In this document: in pieces, positions 12,961-25,380 of the stretch | How the letters are laid out: every line of letters starts with the position of its first letter | Position numbering within the stretch: position 1 is the first letter of the stretch | Origin: Callorhinchus milii | Lineage: Eukaryota | Assembly: GCF_018977255.1 (NCBI RefSeq) | Contig: NW_024704743.1 | Location: forward strand, 40,426,001-40,490,000 | Direction: 5' to 3' | DNA length: 64,000 bases | Notes under the pieces: generated by a model | Seen by the model: the letters and a program-made list of their open reading frames with translations, nothing else | Database searches by the model: none | What the model was told of the DNA's origin: nothing | Made by a program: the position numbers and the translations under genes

Positions 12961-14304
12961 CTATTTATCAAATGAACAGAAACACTGGTTAAAATGTGTT
13001 CTTAAAGCCTAAGCTTAGAACTGAACATCCCTTCTCTACCCCAAATTGTGGACAGTTTGACAATATTTTTTGAAAGATTACAGTATGCAATATATACATA
13101 TGTCCATACAAAAGGGTAGCATTCTTGCTTCCTGGTCAGAAGGTTGTGGATTTGTACCCCACTTCAGGACCTTGAGTTCAATGTCCAAGTTGAAGCTGCA
13201 AGGTAGCGCTGGGAGTTTGCTACTCAAATGTTGATGGTGCCCGAGAAAAGGACATCACTGTAATACTCCCTGCAAAGCAAAATAAATCATTTATATTGTG
13301 TAGAAAGTGCACATTTCCTAGTATTCCCAACCCTCACACCTTCTCTCATCTCCTTCAAGGTCTGTCTCACTACTTTCCTCTTGGCCAACTTTCCTCTCCA
13401 CCTCCTTAACCCCCACTCCTTTCAAATCCAACCCCCAGCTCTAGTGCAACTATTGACTGTCCGGCATCTTGGGATGTCATCCCAACGTGAAAGCCACAAT
13501 ATAAATGCAATTTGTTGTTGTATGTTGTTGTCAGTTGCCAATTAATATCCCAAACAAGGAGATAACAAAGCAAAACATATGTAGATTTCTTATGAAACAG
13601 TCATATTGATTGATAACTGTAACAATGACAAGATTATTATTCATCAACAGAGTTCATTAGAGGAAGTAAACTGAACCATACTCATTCTCCTCTAAAGGTT
13701 AATAAGCAATCTTGGCACAGTAATCAATTGTTTGATTAGAATATTTTGGATATTACATTAGTTATTTCATAAAAGTTCAAACTGTGCATGAAATCAGATG
13801 AAGATACTAGAAAGTTACTTAATAAATGTTTAATTAATTCAGGATTTCTTTAGAAATTCAGCTTAGATCCTCTTGCTTTTTAAAGCTGCTAAAAAGTGGA
13901 ATATCCAATAATCTGCTGTAAACCAGCTCCTTCTCAAACAATGTCAATTATCACATACTGGTTATTATCTCTATGATTGCTCTGGAGCATTGCTGGGTTG
14001 CCTGGCTCAGACGAAAACAAAAGAGAATTGACTTGCTTACAACATTCAGTTGCTAAGGATGTTACCTTAGAACTAGCTTGGCATTAAAAGAAAAATGCTA
14101 GAAAATAACAGGACTCCTCATAAATACCATTTACTTTCAAATCAACGTTGAGAATTATTTTACACAAACACTGCCCTTTGCCTTTAGCTTCAGAGCACCT
14201 GTATTCTTTTGGAGTCATGGCCGGTTCACATTGTTCTATGTTGCAAATCAAAATCTTTTTTGTGTGGAAATTAAATCCTGCTCTTAATGGTAATCGGCAG
14301 ACTG

Positions 14305-14990
14305 ATCACTGTGACTAGGGATTTTTCCAATCAGCTCCTGTTAACCCGCAAAACAAAGCCTTAACCCGTAGAGAAGTCCTAGCTGGACAAGCAGCAGAAA
14401 TTATTTTCAATTAATGAGCTCTGTGGTTTTAGCTGGTGAATTTACAGCAAATACTCCCATTAACATCTTGGGGTCCCCAAGCCTTGGCTCTCACCAATCT
14501 GTGCCTAATATTATATTATACTTTATTTAAATATATTTAAGGGCAGCAATTTAAATGCCGCACACAAAAATTTCCATCTGCGACAAATAACAATGGGAAC
14601 AGTAAAAATAAAAAATAATCATAAAAAAAGAGCCATCTTTTGGATGAGATGTTAAAGACAAGACCCCTTCCACCTGTTCAGGTAGATGTTAAAGATCCCA
14701 TGCACTATTTGAAAGTGAAGGGAGTTTTTCCAAATGTACTAGTCAACAATCCTCCAGATAAAATATTACTAATATGATATTATATTCCACTTTGTAGTAT
14801 ATTCTGTGAAGTTCTTTGAGAAGTGACAATGAGGTGATAAGGCACTGTATCAAATGCAAGGATTATTGTCATCAATGCTCTCCAGAAATAGGTAAGCAGG
14901 ATGCATCCCTCCAGGAAAAAAGAGTATGTATTTCATTTTAGACATGGGGTACTTCTATGTTTAGGTATTATGCTTGTCATCTGAATCCCA
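14305..14990 (+). repeat. Family X pieces (14305-14505, ~14875-14990) separated by an old DeuSINE fragment (~14630-14870)
   Basis: CTAGCTGGACAAGCAGC and GGGGTCCCCAAGCCTTGGCTC, then GTAAGCAGGATGCATCCCTCCAGG, match family X. The Deu core GCCATCTTTTGGATGAGATGTTAAA lies between them. Confidence 0.65.
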
Positions 14991-15084
14991 TCTTCTGAAT
15001 CCCACCCCTCAGAATTTATTGCTGTTAATCTGGCTGGGTCTTCATGTTTGGGTCTAGAATCAGTCCGATCATTAATGACTGAAG

Positions 15085-15735
15085 CAACAACAACAACAAC
15101 AACAACAACAAGATTCCATTTATAGAGCGCCTTTCACATTGGGAGGACTTCCCAAAGTGCTGTACAGTTATAATAATAATAATCCTTGCATTTGATATAG
15201 CGCTTTTCACGTCGGGAGGACGTCCCAAAGCGCTTCACAGAACACACTGTGAAGTGAATTGACTGTATATTTGTGGGCGAACGCGGCAGCCAATTGTGCA
15301 CAGCAATGTCCCACAAACAGTCGTAGATTGAAAATGACCAATTTATTATTGTTTTGGTTTTGAAGGGATTATTATTATTAGGTGTGTGGAGTAAGGAAAC
15401 TTGCCCAAGGTTTCGTCCTGCCTGGAATTGAACTCAGGTCTCTCGCTTGCAAAGCGAGTGCTCTAACCACTGAGCTACAGGACAGTTGGGTCAGGCTCTG
15501 ATCAAAGGGGAAATGGTCAGGGTGAGGGGAAGGAAGGGAGGGATCGAGGAGGGGGTAGAGAGTCGAGAGGGGAGCTGAAGGCACAGTCAAAGAGAAAGGT
15601 CTTGAGACCGGCCTTGAAGGAGGAAAGGGAGGAGGCAAGGCGAAGGCACTGGGGGATGGAGTTCCAGAGCCTAGGGGCTGAGAGGCTGAAGTCCCAGCCA
15701 CCGATGGTGGGGCAGTTGGGGCGGGGGATGTGGAG
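15085..15735 (-). mobile_element. L2 3' fragment with (GTT)n tail, split by a SINE
   Basis: Peptide FSLSAPRLWNSIPQCLRLASSLSSFKAGLKTFLF. (AAC)n at 15085-15110. Confidence 0.9.
15170..15481 (-). mobile_element. Young short tRNA-Ala-headed SINE, near full length
   Basis: Near-identical to 57608-57930. Target-site duplication ACAGTT at 15164-15169 and 15482-15487. Confidence 0.95.
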
Positions 15736-15884
15736 CAGTTTCCATGCCAGCCTATTGCAGTCTCCCATGGCCTTGGATGCTCCCACCTTATTCCCCACTT
15801 CATGTACTTGACAATATTTTGAAGTATATTTATAAAGTGTAACCATATCTGCTGTTCTATTTTTCATTACTTCATCACAGACGT

Positions 15885-16275
15885 GAGCATGGTTTAGTTG
15901 ATAATACTCTCGCCTCTGAGTTAGAAGGTTGTGAGTTCATGCCTCAAGTTAGGATTTTGAACTCACATATTCTAGGATGATATCCTAATGCTTTGCTGCA
16001 ATACAGCTGCATTCTCGAACGTGTCATCTTTCGATTGAGATGTTAAAACCGAGATCCCTTCCACCTGTTCAGGTAGGAGTTAAAGATCCCATGGGACTAT
16101 TTGAAATTGAAGAGAATTTCTCCCAATGTACTGGCCAACAATCCTCCAGATAAAATTGGTCATTCATGTCATGGCTGCTTGTGGCACAAATACACTTTAT
16201 ACTGAATCCTGTGAAGCACTTTGAGATGTCCTCCCGATGTGAAACACTCAATATCAAATGTAAGGATGATTTAAT
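15885..16275 (+). mobile_element. Old DeuSINE (SacSINE1-like), near full length
   Basis: Head ACTCTCGCCTCTGAGTTAGAAGGTTGTGAGTTCA, Deu core GTCATCTTTCGATTGAGATGTTAAAACCGAG...AAAGATCCCATGG, and an L2-like tail. Confidence 0.85.
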
Positions 16276-16887
16276 TATTAGTGGATAAAAATGTAACTCA
16301 CTCATGAGTAAATAAGCAAAGGCAACATGAATAATGCAGGGGTCATGTTGAATTGGTTTTCAGCATATTAACACAACATGAGCAAAACATTGAAATGCAT
16401 TCATCTAAGAGATTGCTCTGTAGCAATAGGATTAACTAATTCAGAATTAGACTTCTTCAAGCAGATTTCAATCCCATTGAAGACTTGGATGAAATACAAT
16501 TAGCTGAACTCCCAAATGTAAGTGAGTTTAAAGCTATCCATCTGATTTAGATCCTTTGGAGAAGTTGTGCAGGGAATTCTGAGCCAGAACGGCGAACTTC
16601 AGAGTTCTTTGTAACAAAACAAAACATCAATTACAAGCAATGAGTAATCATTTTGTCCCTTGCTGAAAGTTTAGATCACCTGACTCAATTTCTAGAGATA
16701 GATGTTAAACTGGATTTGCCTGAGCTACTCTGAAGTATATTATGCTGCTTATTGTGAATACTGAAGTGCTCCTGTATTCATTCTCCTTCTGAAGGATAAA
16801 AGGAGTTTGAAAGCCAAAGAACAATGTATGTGTTGCAACAGAAGCAAGTGAATTGGATTAACCTTTTTTTAAAACTTTCCCCAAATT

Positions 16888-17192
16888 ATAATAATAATAA
16901 TCCTTGCATTTGATGTAGCGCTTTTCGACATCTCAAAGTGCTTCACAGAATAGACTGTAAAGTGAATTGACCGTATATTTGTGGGCGAAACTCAGCAGCC
17001 AATTGCGCACAGCAGTGTCCCACAAACAGTCTTGGGTTGAAAATGACCAATTTAGTTTTGTTTTATTTTGGAGGGATTATTATTAGGCTCTGTGTGGAGT
17101 AAGGAAACTTACCCAAGGTTTCGCCCTGCCTGGAACTGAACTCAGGTGTCTCGCTTGCAAGGCGAGTGCTCTAACCACTGAGCTACAGGAGT
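16888..17192 (-). mobile_element. Young short tRNA-Ala-headed SINE
   Basis: Head, body and (ATT)n tail present. Direct repeat CCAAATT at 16881-16887 and 17193-17199. Confidence 0.93.
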
Positions 17193-18157
17193 CCAAATTC
17201 AATAACTTGAGAAATGATTTGATGTATAATATTCCACCTCATAATTTTGTTATGCAGAACAAATCTTCCAATGTAAGTGGATGACGATAGAGGCTGCTTC
17301 TCAGAAATTCTCCACTCAAATTGTCAGAACTTTTCAAAGCACTGAAGTTGAGTATTATTGTATAATTTAATACATGCATAAGAAATGTGTCCCACATTTT
17401 GTCTTTTGTTAAGTAGTAAAAATGAGAGAAAAGCCAGTTTAACCCATTTTTAATGGTGGAATTGACATTGGGCATACTTCAATGCTATGTGTGACAGTGA
17501 TCTTACTAATGCGGTTGAAAATGCCCCCTCCCTCCTCTTTTAAAATTTACTTTAAGACCTATCTCATGGACCACTCTTTCAGACAACTTTCCCACCTCCT
17601 CACTCTCCTCAGCTATTCCGCCTCAAGCTTGGGTGCCCAGTCAGCTGCATGAAATGCTTTAAAGCTTCCCCCCTATACGAAAGGAGCTACTTGAATGAAA
17701 ATCATATTTTACTGTATTGTAAACCTGAAACCAGCATGATCAGCAAATTTAAATACTCTTGTCACGATGAGCATTTTGTGGTTCCGATGCAACAGATGAG
17801 ACACTTGAACTTACAAAAATCCTGACTACTGACACAGTATCCTGATACAGCTCAGGAAAATGATTTCAATGTGAGAACAGCTGAAAAACAAATTTGGGAT
17901 AGGCGATTTTGTGTTAAACATTTGGAAGGCAGTGAAACAACAGTGTCAACTCTCTTTGACAAGTATAGGTTTGAGCCCTCGATAGGTGGAAAGTAGCTAC
18001 TGGGAAACCCTTGCAACAATGAAAACAATAAATTGCAGGACAACTCCTATTTCCTCTGCTCAGCTAACTCAGGCTTGCTTCACACTCCCTGCTCTTCTGC
18101 TCACAGCAACAATAATAATAGGTAATAATCCGTACATTTGATATAAACTCCTCACCA

Positions 18158-18260
18158 CAGGGTGGTCCAGGCTTTTAGCTGCCATGGGCCAGAATCCCTA
18201 TTTGAGAAAGGTCTGCGGCGTGCATAAGCAGTATTTTGTGTTTCACTTCCAGAAACATAA
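18158..18260 (+). mobile_element. Possible hAT (MER30/Charlie-like) non-autonomous terminus
   Basis: CAGGGTGGTCCAGGCTTTTAGCTGCCATGGGCCAG resembles CAGGGGTGTCCAA-type hAT ends. The second end was not found. Confidence 0.35.
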
Positions 18261-18269
18261 CAACATTTA

Positions 18270-18540
18270 CACAACAACACCAAATTACATTTTTATAGTG
18301 CCTTTCACATTATGAGGATGTCCCAAGGTGCTGAACCTTTTCATTTTGGAAGGACGTCTCAAAGCACTCAACATTGTCGGCTGGGCACCTGAGCTGGGGG
18401 TAGGAGCTGAGGGAGGTGGGATGGGAGTGGAAAAGATGACCGAAAAAGTGGTCAAAGAGTTAGGCCTTGACGTGCCTTAAAACAGGAGAGGCAGGGTGCG
18501 AGTCAGAGGGACTCCAGGAATGGAGCTCCAGAGTGGGGAA
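18270..18540 (-). mobile_element. Degraded L2 3' fragment
   Basis: Reverse tail CAAATTACATTTTTATAGTGCCTTTCACATT, followed by a purine-rich L2 3' region. Confidence 0.7.
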
Positions 18541-18809
18541 AAATGGTGATGGTGAGGCAGATGGGGTGAATGGACAAGCTAGTGTTTGCTCTGAAAAGGG
18601 AATGGCCAGGTTGGGAGTTCGCAGAGATACGGATGAGGAGGGACGTGGTAAGTGAAGGATGTAGAGAAGTTTTTCACTTGAGAAAGAGGAAGCTTTCTGT
18701 GAAGAAACTGCATGGCACAACACTGAGTGTCAGTCCTCAGTCCCCCTGTAGTGGGCGAAGGAGGCTTCGATTATCTGTCCTGAAAGTGAACTGAGAAATA
18801 CTACCCTAA

Positions 18810-20205
18810 TTTCTTTTCTCACTGTGCTCTCACTCTTTTTACTTCTTTCTCTCCCCCATGCTCTCTCTTAATCATTCTCCCTACTCCCTCTATCTCAAAC
18901 ACTCTCGCACACATTCTCTCTCAATTACTCTCTCTCAGTCCCTCTCTCTTCCTTCTCACACTCTCTCTCCCAATTGCTCTCTCCCACCTCTCCCTCAATT
19001 ACTCTTTCTAATTCCCCCTAACTTCACACAGACTCTTCTATCTCGTCACACTCTCTCTGTCACATCAAGGCTCGATTATGGGAACTCCTTCCTCATCGGC
19101 CTTCCCAACTCTTCCCTTCACAAGCTACAGATCATCCAAAACTCTGCAGCTCGTGTACTCTCATGCACCAGGCTCCGTGACCTCATCACTCCTACCCTCT
19201 CCTGACTCGACTGGCTCCCCATCCCCCAGAGGATCGAGTTCAAGATCCTCATCCTCACCTTTAAGGCCATCCATGGCCTTGTCCCCTCCTACCTCTCTGA
19301 AATGCTCACTCCCTCCATTCATCAGGCTCCAGCCTGCTCCATGTCTCCCGCCCAACCCGCCTTACCATCGGTGGCCGGGCTTTAACCTCTCTGCCTCCAC
19401 ACTCTGGAAGTCCATCCCACGGTCCCTTCACCTCGCTTCCTCCCTTGCCTCCTTCAAGGCCAGTCTCAATTCCCTTCTCTTTGACCGTGCCTTTGGTCTC
19501 CCTTCCACCTCTCTGCCTTCCCTCACACCTACACTACCCCTCCCTCATACTCGGGCTCGGACACCTGACTGTTCAGGGCTTTGGGACGTCCTCCCGATAC
19601 GAAAGGCACTCTATAGATGTAATTTTGTTGTTGTTGCTCTCTCCTTCACTTTCTCTGCTTCTCTCCCCCTCTCCCTCACATTTTCTCTCTCAATCACTCT
19701 TTCTCTCCCCTTCTCTATCAATCACCCTCTCTCAATCTACCCCTCTCTCATCTCTCACTCACTGCACTCTGTTCCCCCCTCTCTCAATCATTCTCCCCCT
19801 CGCATGCTCTCACACTCTCCCCTTCATACTCTCTCAATTGCTGTCTCTACTCTCTCCCTCTCTCAACCATACTCTCTCACACTACTCTCTCTGCTAATCC
19901 CTGTTTACACCACCACCCCACCTGTCAATCACTCTCTCTCTTCCTCCTCTATCAGATTTCTCTCACTTCCCCTTTTTCACCTCTCTCTCAATCTATCTCT
20001 CTACTCTCTCCCTCTCTCAATCATTCTCTCTTTCCCCCTCTCCTAATCACTCTCCCTCTCTCTCTGTCACTCTCTCCCCACCTCAAACATTTTCTCCCTT
20101 CTTTCACTCCCCCCTTCCTCATCCCTGTCACACACACTCTTTCACACTCCCTCTCAATAAGTTTTTCCCCTCTCCCCATGTCCCTCCTCTTTCAATCCCT
20201 TTCGC
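18810..20205. repeat. CT-rich polypyrimidine low-complexity tract with recurring CTCTCTCAAT(C/T)ACTCT unit
   Basis: Directly visible. Interrupted by an L2 fragment at 19055-19636. Confidence 0.9.
19055..19636 (+). mobile_element. L2 3' fragment, same subfamily as 53507-55705
   Basis: Peptide VTSRLDYGNSFLIGLPNSSLHKLQIIQNSAARVLS. Tail GGGACGTCCTCCCGATACGAAAGGCACTCTATAGATGTAATTTTGTTGTTGTTG. Confidence 0.93.
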
Positions 20206-20671
20206 TCAACAATCAGTCGGGACACGGGTCGCGATGTGTAATGGCAGGAGCCAGTGGTTGGTAAGGACGCAGTGGATAAGTGGACGCACTTGCTTCAGCT
20301 CGGGAACACACTGCAATAACGGCCGGCATTATTTCCACTCTCCGCTTTGCATCACCCCAAACAACTGCTCCTGTCTCTGACTTAGCAGGACCACCTGTTG
20401 GACCAGGCTGCCTCATGACATTGTTGAGACACCTCAAACCGCGTTTGCTGTATACAATGTTTTTACTGTGAACTATAGTGACTGTGTGCTTGTAGGTGAA
20501 GGTGGCAGCCAATTTGGGCAAAGCAATCACCCACAAAGAGTCAATGGAATGTATGATTGATTTTATTTGGGGGATTGTTTAGCCAGCAGTTTGGGAGAAA
20601 TTCCCTTTTCTTCAAAATGTCTTTTTCTGTAAATTCCTAATGCACATTTCACTTAACCTCCTTTTTTTTAG

Positions 20672-20712
20672 CTGCACCTTTTGTAGTGTGGCACACCAAA
20701 CGAAGGAAGTTG
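20672..20712 (+). other. Candidate internal exon (41 nt) of an unidentified transcript
   Basis: Acceptor CTTAACCTCCTTTTTTTTAG| and donor TTG|GTAAGA. No homology recognised. Confidence 0.3.
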
Positions 20713-22798
20713 GTAAGAGTTGTACAACTTTTTTTCACTTGTGTAGCTGAGATTCCAGATTCCTAGTGGAGAATGTATGTGTCAAAGGGTACAATGTTCT
20801 GGTGCCTTCTGCCTTTGCAACAGGACTACGAATGTCTGAGCTCAGCATAAATAAGATGGCACTGGCATATTCACCTGACAGCTTGACCCAAAAGAGACAT
20901 TAATTTATGGAGATTTGCAAAAATAAATCTATACTTGAAGGAACATGTTCCTCCAAGCTGACATATTTTCTCCTTCTAAAGGAGGTTTGAGAATCCTTTC
21001 CTTAAACATAACAGCTCTAAAGTTGCACTATAATAATAATAATAATAATAATAATAATCCTTGACTGTGATATAGTGCCATATCACTAATCTTAAACTCA
21101 GGCCAAAAGGATGGAATTTTCAGAGCAAATTTATGCTGAGTGATAAATTAGCAATTAACAAGGTATAATTACAGTTTTACACTGCCACACATTTATTTAT
21201 ACTTCAAAAGGTCTCCAGAATTTCTTACATTATCAAAAAAGAATTATTTGCTTAACTGTTAAAATTCCATCATCCTCTGCGATTGAAAATATTAAGCTGG
21301 AATTTCAGACTCAGGATTTCCATCACGCTAAATATAATGACACTACTACATTTGCATCAGAGCAGTGCATCAATGCAATACCCCCAATGGATATATGTAC
21401 ATATTCATGTTTCTACTCAGAATGTACCATTTTGTACTGAAATAGTCCTGAGTTGGTGCATTTCTGTATCATGATTGAGATCCACAGAGGAGGACCATCT
21501 TAAACCCGGTCAATACTCTTTTCTGAAACAAGGACTGAAAACGATGGACTCAGGAGCTGATGTTTATGGAGAAAGCATAGGCTGAGGCACAGAGCAAAGG
21601 TGAAGTAGTGACATTGATGGTTGGTGACGAGAGACCAGCTGATAGACTAGTCTTTGTAGATGCTTCAGGACTAAACAGGTCTGTGCCGTCACAGTTTCCC
21701 AGATGAGTCTCTGCTCTGAATGCACCACTCAGATAACCTGCTCGATTCCAGTAAACCATATGCTTAGGATAATACCTGCTTGGTGTGAATTCTCTGATCT
21801 GCTGATAAATATTCATGTTTCAAAGTGTTTTCTCAGCTGCACAATGTTGCAAGTGTAAATACACCCATGAGTGAGCTAACAACCTTTTTCCTCCTTCTCA
21901 CTAAACATTTGAACTCCAGTTGATGAATTCATTCAAAACGTCAACTTTCCCTAAAATGCATATGTTACTACTGCACAATAGTGTTCCTTCTTTATTTCTG
22001 TAGTTGCCCATCCCTTTACCTCTTGACTAAAATTTTCCATTTCTCAGCCTCCTTCATTCCACCTTCTATAAGATCCAACTGTTTCAAATTTCTGCTGCCT
22101 GCATCCGCACCCATAATAAACATGACATTTCCGTCACCTAGTCCACATTGGGCTTCACTTGCTTTCTGTTTCGCAAAGGATCAACTTCAATATTTGTTAC
22201 TTTTACACCACTTTGATAGACAGTAGTATCGGGAGCCAAGCAGGTCTGGATTGAGACAACTGGGACAATAATCAGCTAACAAAGGCAGCGCTCAATCAAG
22301 TAATTGTCATGGTAATGTACCACATACAGTCACAATGATAAGGGCGTAAGTATAACATATCTTTCAGTGCTTTTGGTGGAAGATTTCAGAGTGATTGTTT
22401 CATTATATTCACGATAAGGTGTTGGATTCTTTCAGACTGCTGAGGAGAATTTCATAGAAATGTTTTGTATGCATGTTTTCCGACCTAATACATTCACAAC
22501 AGTATCTCACTAAAAATTCATCTTCCAGTACCTTTCTACCGGTGGCATGGTTATGATATTGTGATTTTGGCATTTATGAGTTATCTGGTCTTCCTCACTT
22601 GTGGAATTATTTCTAGTTACACTGTCACCTTCCTTCCTTTGAAGAGCAGCAGAAATCAGAGGCCTGAATTCCTTTATATATTAAATAAGCTACATTATTA
22701 TAAATGGGGAATCTATTAATCAAGTGATTTATGGTAAAAAAAACAAGTCAATCATTATCTTAAAATTAAAATCATGCTGAATTTTGTTCAATTCTTAC

Positions 22799-22849
22799 CT
22801 GCCAATACTGAATACTGAATTTAAGATTTATTTTCAAATCCTGCATAAC
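22799..22849 (-). other. Candidate 51-nt exon (VMQDLKINLKFSIQYWQ in phase 0)
   Basis: Acceptor TTGTCTAATTTTCAG|G and donor CAG|GTAAGA. Open in phase 0. No homology recognised. Confidence 0.3.
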
Positions 22850-24809
22850 CTGAAAATTAGACAACCGTCTTAAGGTTTAAACCATGAGGGATTTCTGGCC
22901 TCAGCACAAGACTGAATTGGAATAATATGATCTAATAATACATTATTTCATAACTTAAATAAAAAGATGAAATGAAAATTCCCTGTGGCACATCTATGAA
23001 AGATCCATCTGTGTTTGTCAAGTTTAGGAATGCCTCCTGTCATGGTGAATGTGTTGCACAGTGATATCATATGCAACAGCCATTTGTACAGGATTTTACA
23101 ACTCACTCTTAAGGTTGCTTCTGATAAGTGTCACTTGCAATGAACTTGGGTACGATCTAAACTAAAATGATTGTTCAGCACCTTGGGATGTCCTACTGAT
23201 GTGAAAGGCACTTTATAAATGTAATGTTGTTATTGTTGTAAAATCTAATTGTTGTTTCTCCATTACCTGTATTCTTAGAAACTCCAATAACATATTTCAA
23301 AACTTTGAAGACTCACACTAGGAAAACATTATTTTCCTAAATGTGAAAAATAACAATTATAAAGTCATTTGCTGCTAAGACTACAAGGCAATGCTGTTCT
23401 AACATTAGTTGCCTGCAATGTATTTTGGAAGTCACAGCTCATATTAACTCAAATCTGTCATTGGAATAAAATGTGCAACATGCATATTACATTAACTACT
23501 GTATAGCTATCAAAGGGAAGGTAACATGGTAACATGATAATTCTGGGGTATTTTAAAAAACACAAATAGTTATGTATTTTGCAAAATATATGTGGTGCTG
23601 TGTAAAGCATAATGTATTCCTTTGTATTTGTGATCAAATTAACAAATTAAATTTAAAAAAACACAGAGATTATTTATCCATAGCTACATATGTATATGTA
23701 GTGCACTATTTAAAGATGAGAAACAAGGAGAAAACCTATTGTAAAAGAATATTGTAAAATAATATGAAGAATATGATGCTAGTTTGCCTTCCCGAGGTAA
23801 AGAAATATAATCAAGTCCAACCTTAGAAATGATAGAGCTATGCGCAGAGGTGCAATATTTGGCAATGCATTCAGGCATGGTTATCTGTCAAAACTAAAGT
23901 GTAGTCATCATAACTATAGATATGTGTATAATTGAGGAACTGTATGAAATATAGCACCTATTCTGATTGCAAGATTCAAGTAACATGGATCTAAAAACAG
24001 AATTGTTTTTAGTTCAATTGGTAATTCTAAAATAAAATTAAAACTATTGTGTATATTTTATATGTATATTATTGAGTTCAGTTTCACCTATTCAAATGAA
24101 TATTGCCAGCTAGATTTCTATTAGCAAAATCATTATCTCTAAAATCAAGGTACTAGATCTTGATCAATAAATTATAAAATACGTATCAAATACTTAGCAT
24201 GCAGAGAGTAGTTATGCTATCTGCTACAATATTTATTGAGTACTTTCAAGTTCATAAAGTATACCAGAAAGAATCGCTAACCTAAAGTGAAAGCATTAAC
24301 CCTTTGACTGCTGTGAAGCTTACACAATCCGGTCACTTGAGGTCACTCAGCTCTGGCATGGCAGCAGTGAAGCAGCAATCTGCAGTCATTCAGAAGTCTC
24401 CTGCAGGTTATATACATGCAGAAAATATAGACAAGGGAAGAAGGTACTGGGGTAATGCATAAGGGCATCCACTTGGAATGTAGTAAGAGCAGAATAGTCA
24501 ATGTGCAAGCAGAGAGTGCAATATTAGCCAGAAGCTTGAGCAATTCCAAGAAAAGATGTAAGACAGAAATGTCTCAGTTGAACTAAGAGGTGGCTTTGTT
24601 TTTGTAAAATCTGAGAGAGAGCGTGTTTGTTTCTAAATTGATTTCCTTTCAAGTAAAGAGATGATTCATGATGACTACGTGGTAGCTGGAGGGGAGAGGA
24701 ATGTTGGTTCACTTGTGCTGAGGGCAGCCAAAGCCCGAATGGGTTAGGTGGTCCTAGCAGGACAAGCCGCAGGAAACTTACCAGATAGTGCTCTCAATAA
24801 CAAGCTATT

Positions 24810-25130
24810 ATCTGAGTGTAAAGAAATTTACAAGCATTTCATGCATCTTGAAATCAAAATATAAACTTTAATGTTTGAACTATGATAAATGTCGCTACTG
24901 CTTCTTGTTTTTATTGAGCATGCGTGAGACGCAACCTAGCGATGATCGACCGGTTGGCGAGCACTCCTCTAGGGAGAGAGTCCGTTTCCGACACAGGGAA
25001 ATTTATTGCTTCCGTATTCCAACAATGCTTCCATAACCTTTGGACTTCTGATAAGTCTCCTGCTCTGTGGCCCATCCAAAACTATCTCATGGCCCCAAGG
25101 GGTCTGTGGACCCTAGTTTGGGAGCCACTG
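24810..25130 (-). mobile_element. Probable hAT-Charlie-type non-autonomous DNA transposon fragment
   Basis: The reverse complement starts CAGTGGCTCCCAAACTAGGGTCCACAGACCCC, resembling CAGTGGTTCCCAAAC hAT TIRs. The interior is locally CpG-rich. The left boundary is uncertain. Confidence 0.5.
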
Positions 25131-25139
25131 GTTTAAAGT

Positions 25140-25380
25140 AGGTACAGTCTGGAAGAGTCAAAGTTTGGGGACTCCAGATTGTGTGTTGGATACTGCCGGA
25201 ATTTAACCAACTAAAACTGCAGAGCTTGCTGTTGAAAATACTGTCTGGCCTATTTCCCATTGCTTGTCTAGCTATGACCACTGTTAGGGCTTTGATTTGC
25301 AGGGATAACAGTGGAAAGAATCGGTGCCTTCAGTGACTAGTCTGCCCCTCCAAGTCCTACTGACAAGCCTGGCTGGCTTG
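25140..25380 (-). repeat. Family X fragment (an opposite-orientation piece lies at ~24720-24805)
   Basis: TTTGGGGACTCCAGATTGTGTGTTGG...CTAAAACTGCAGAGCTTG matches ~42140-42205. Confidence 0.75.

Noticed and set aside
19078..20046. Longest ORF (322 aa, Ser/Leu/Pro-rich)
   Set aside because: An off-frame L2 fragment running into a CT tract that lacks stop codons; a compositional artefact.
21550..21816. 88-aa minus-strand ORF in non-repeat sequence
   Set aside because: No recognisable domain, and not phase-compatible with the nearby minus-strand exon candidates. The length is within chance expectation.
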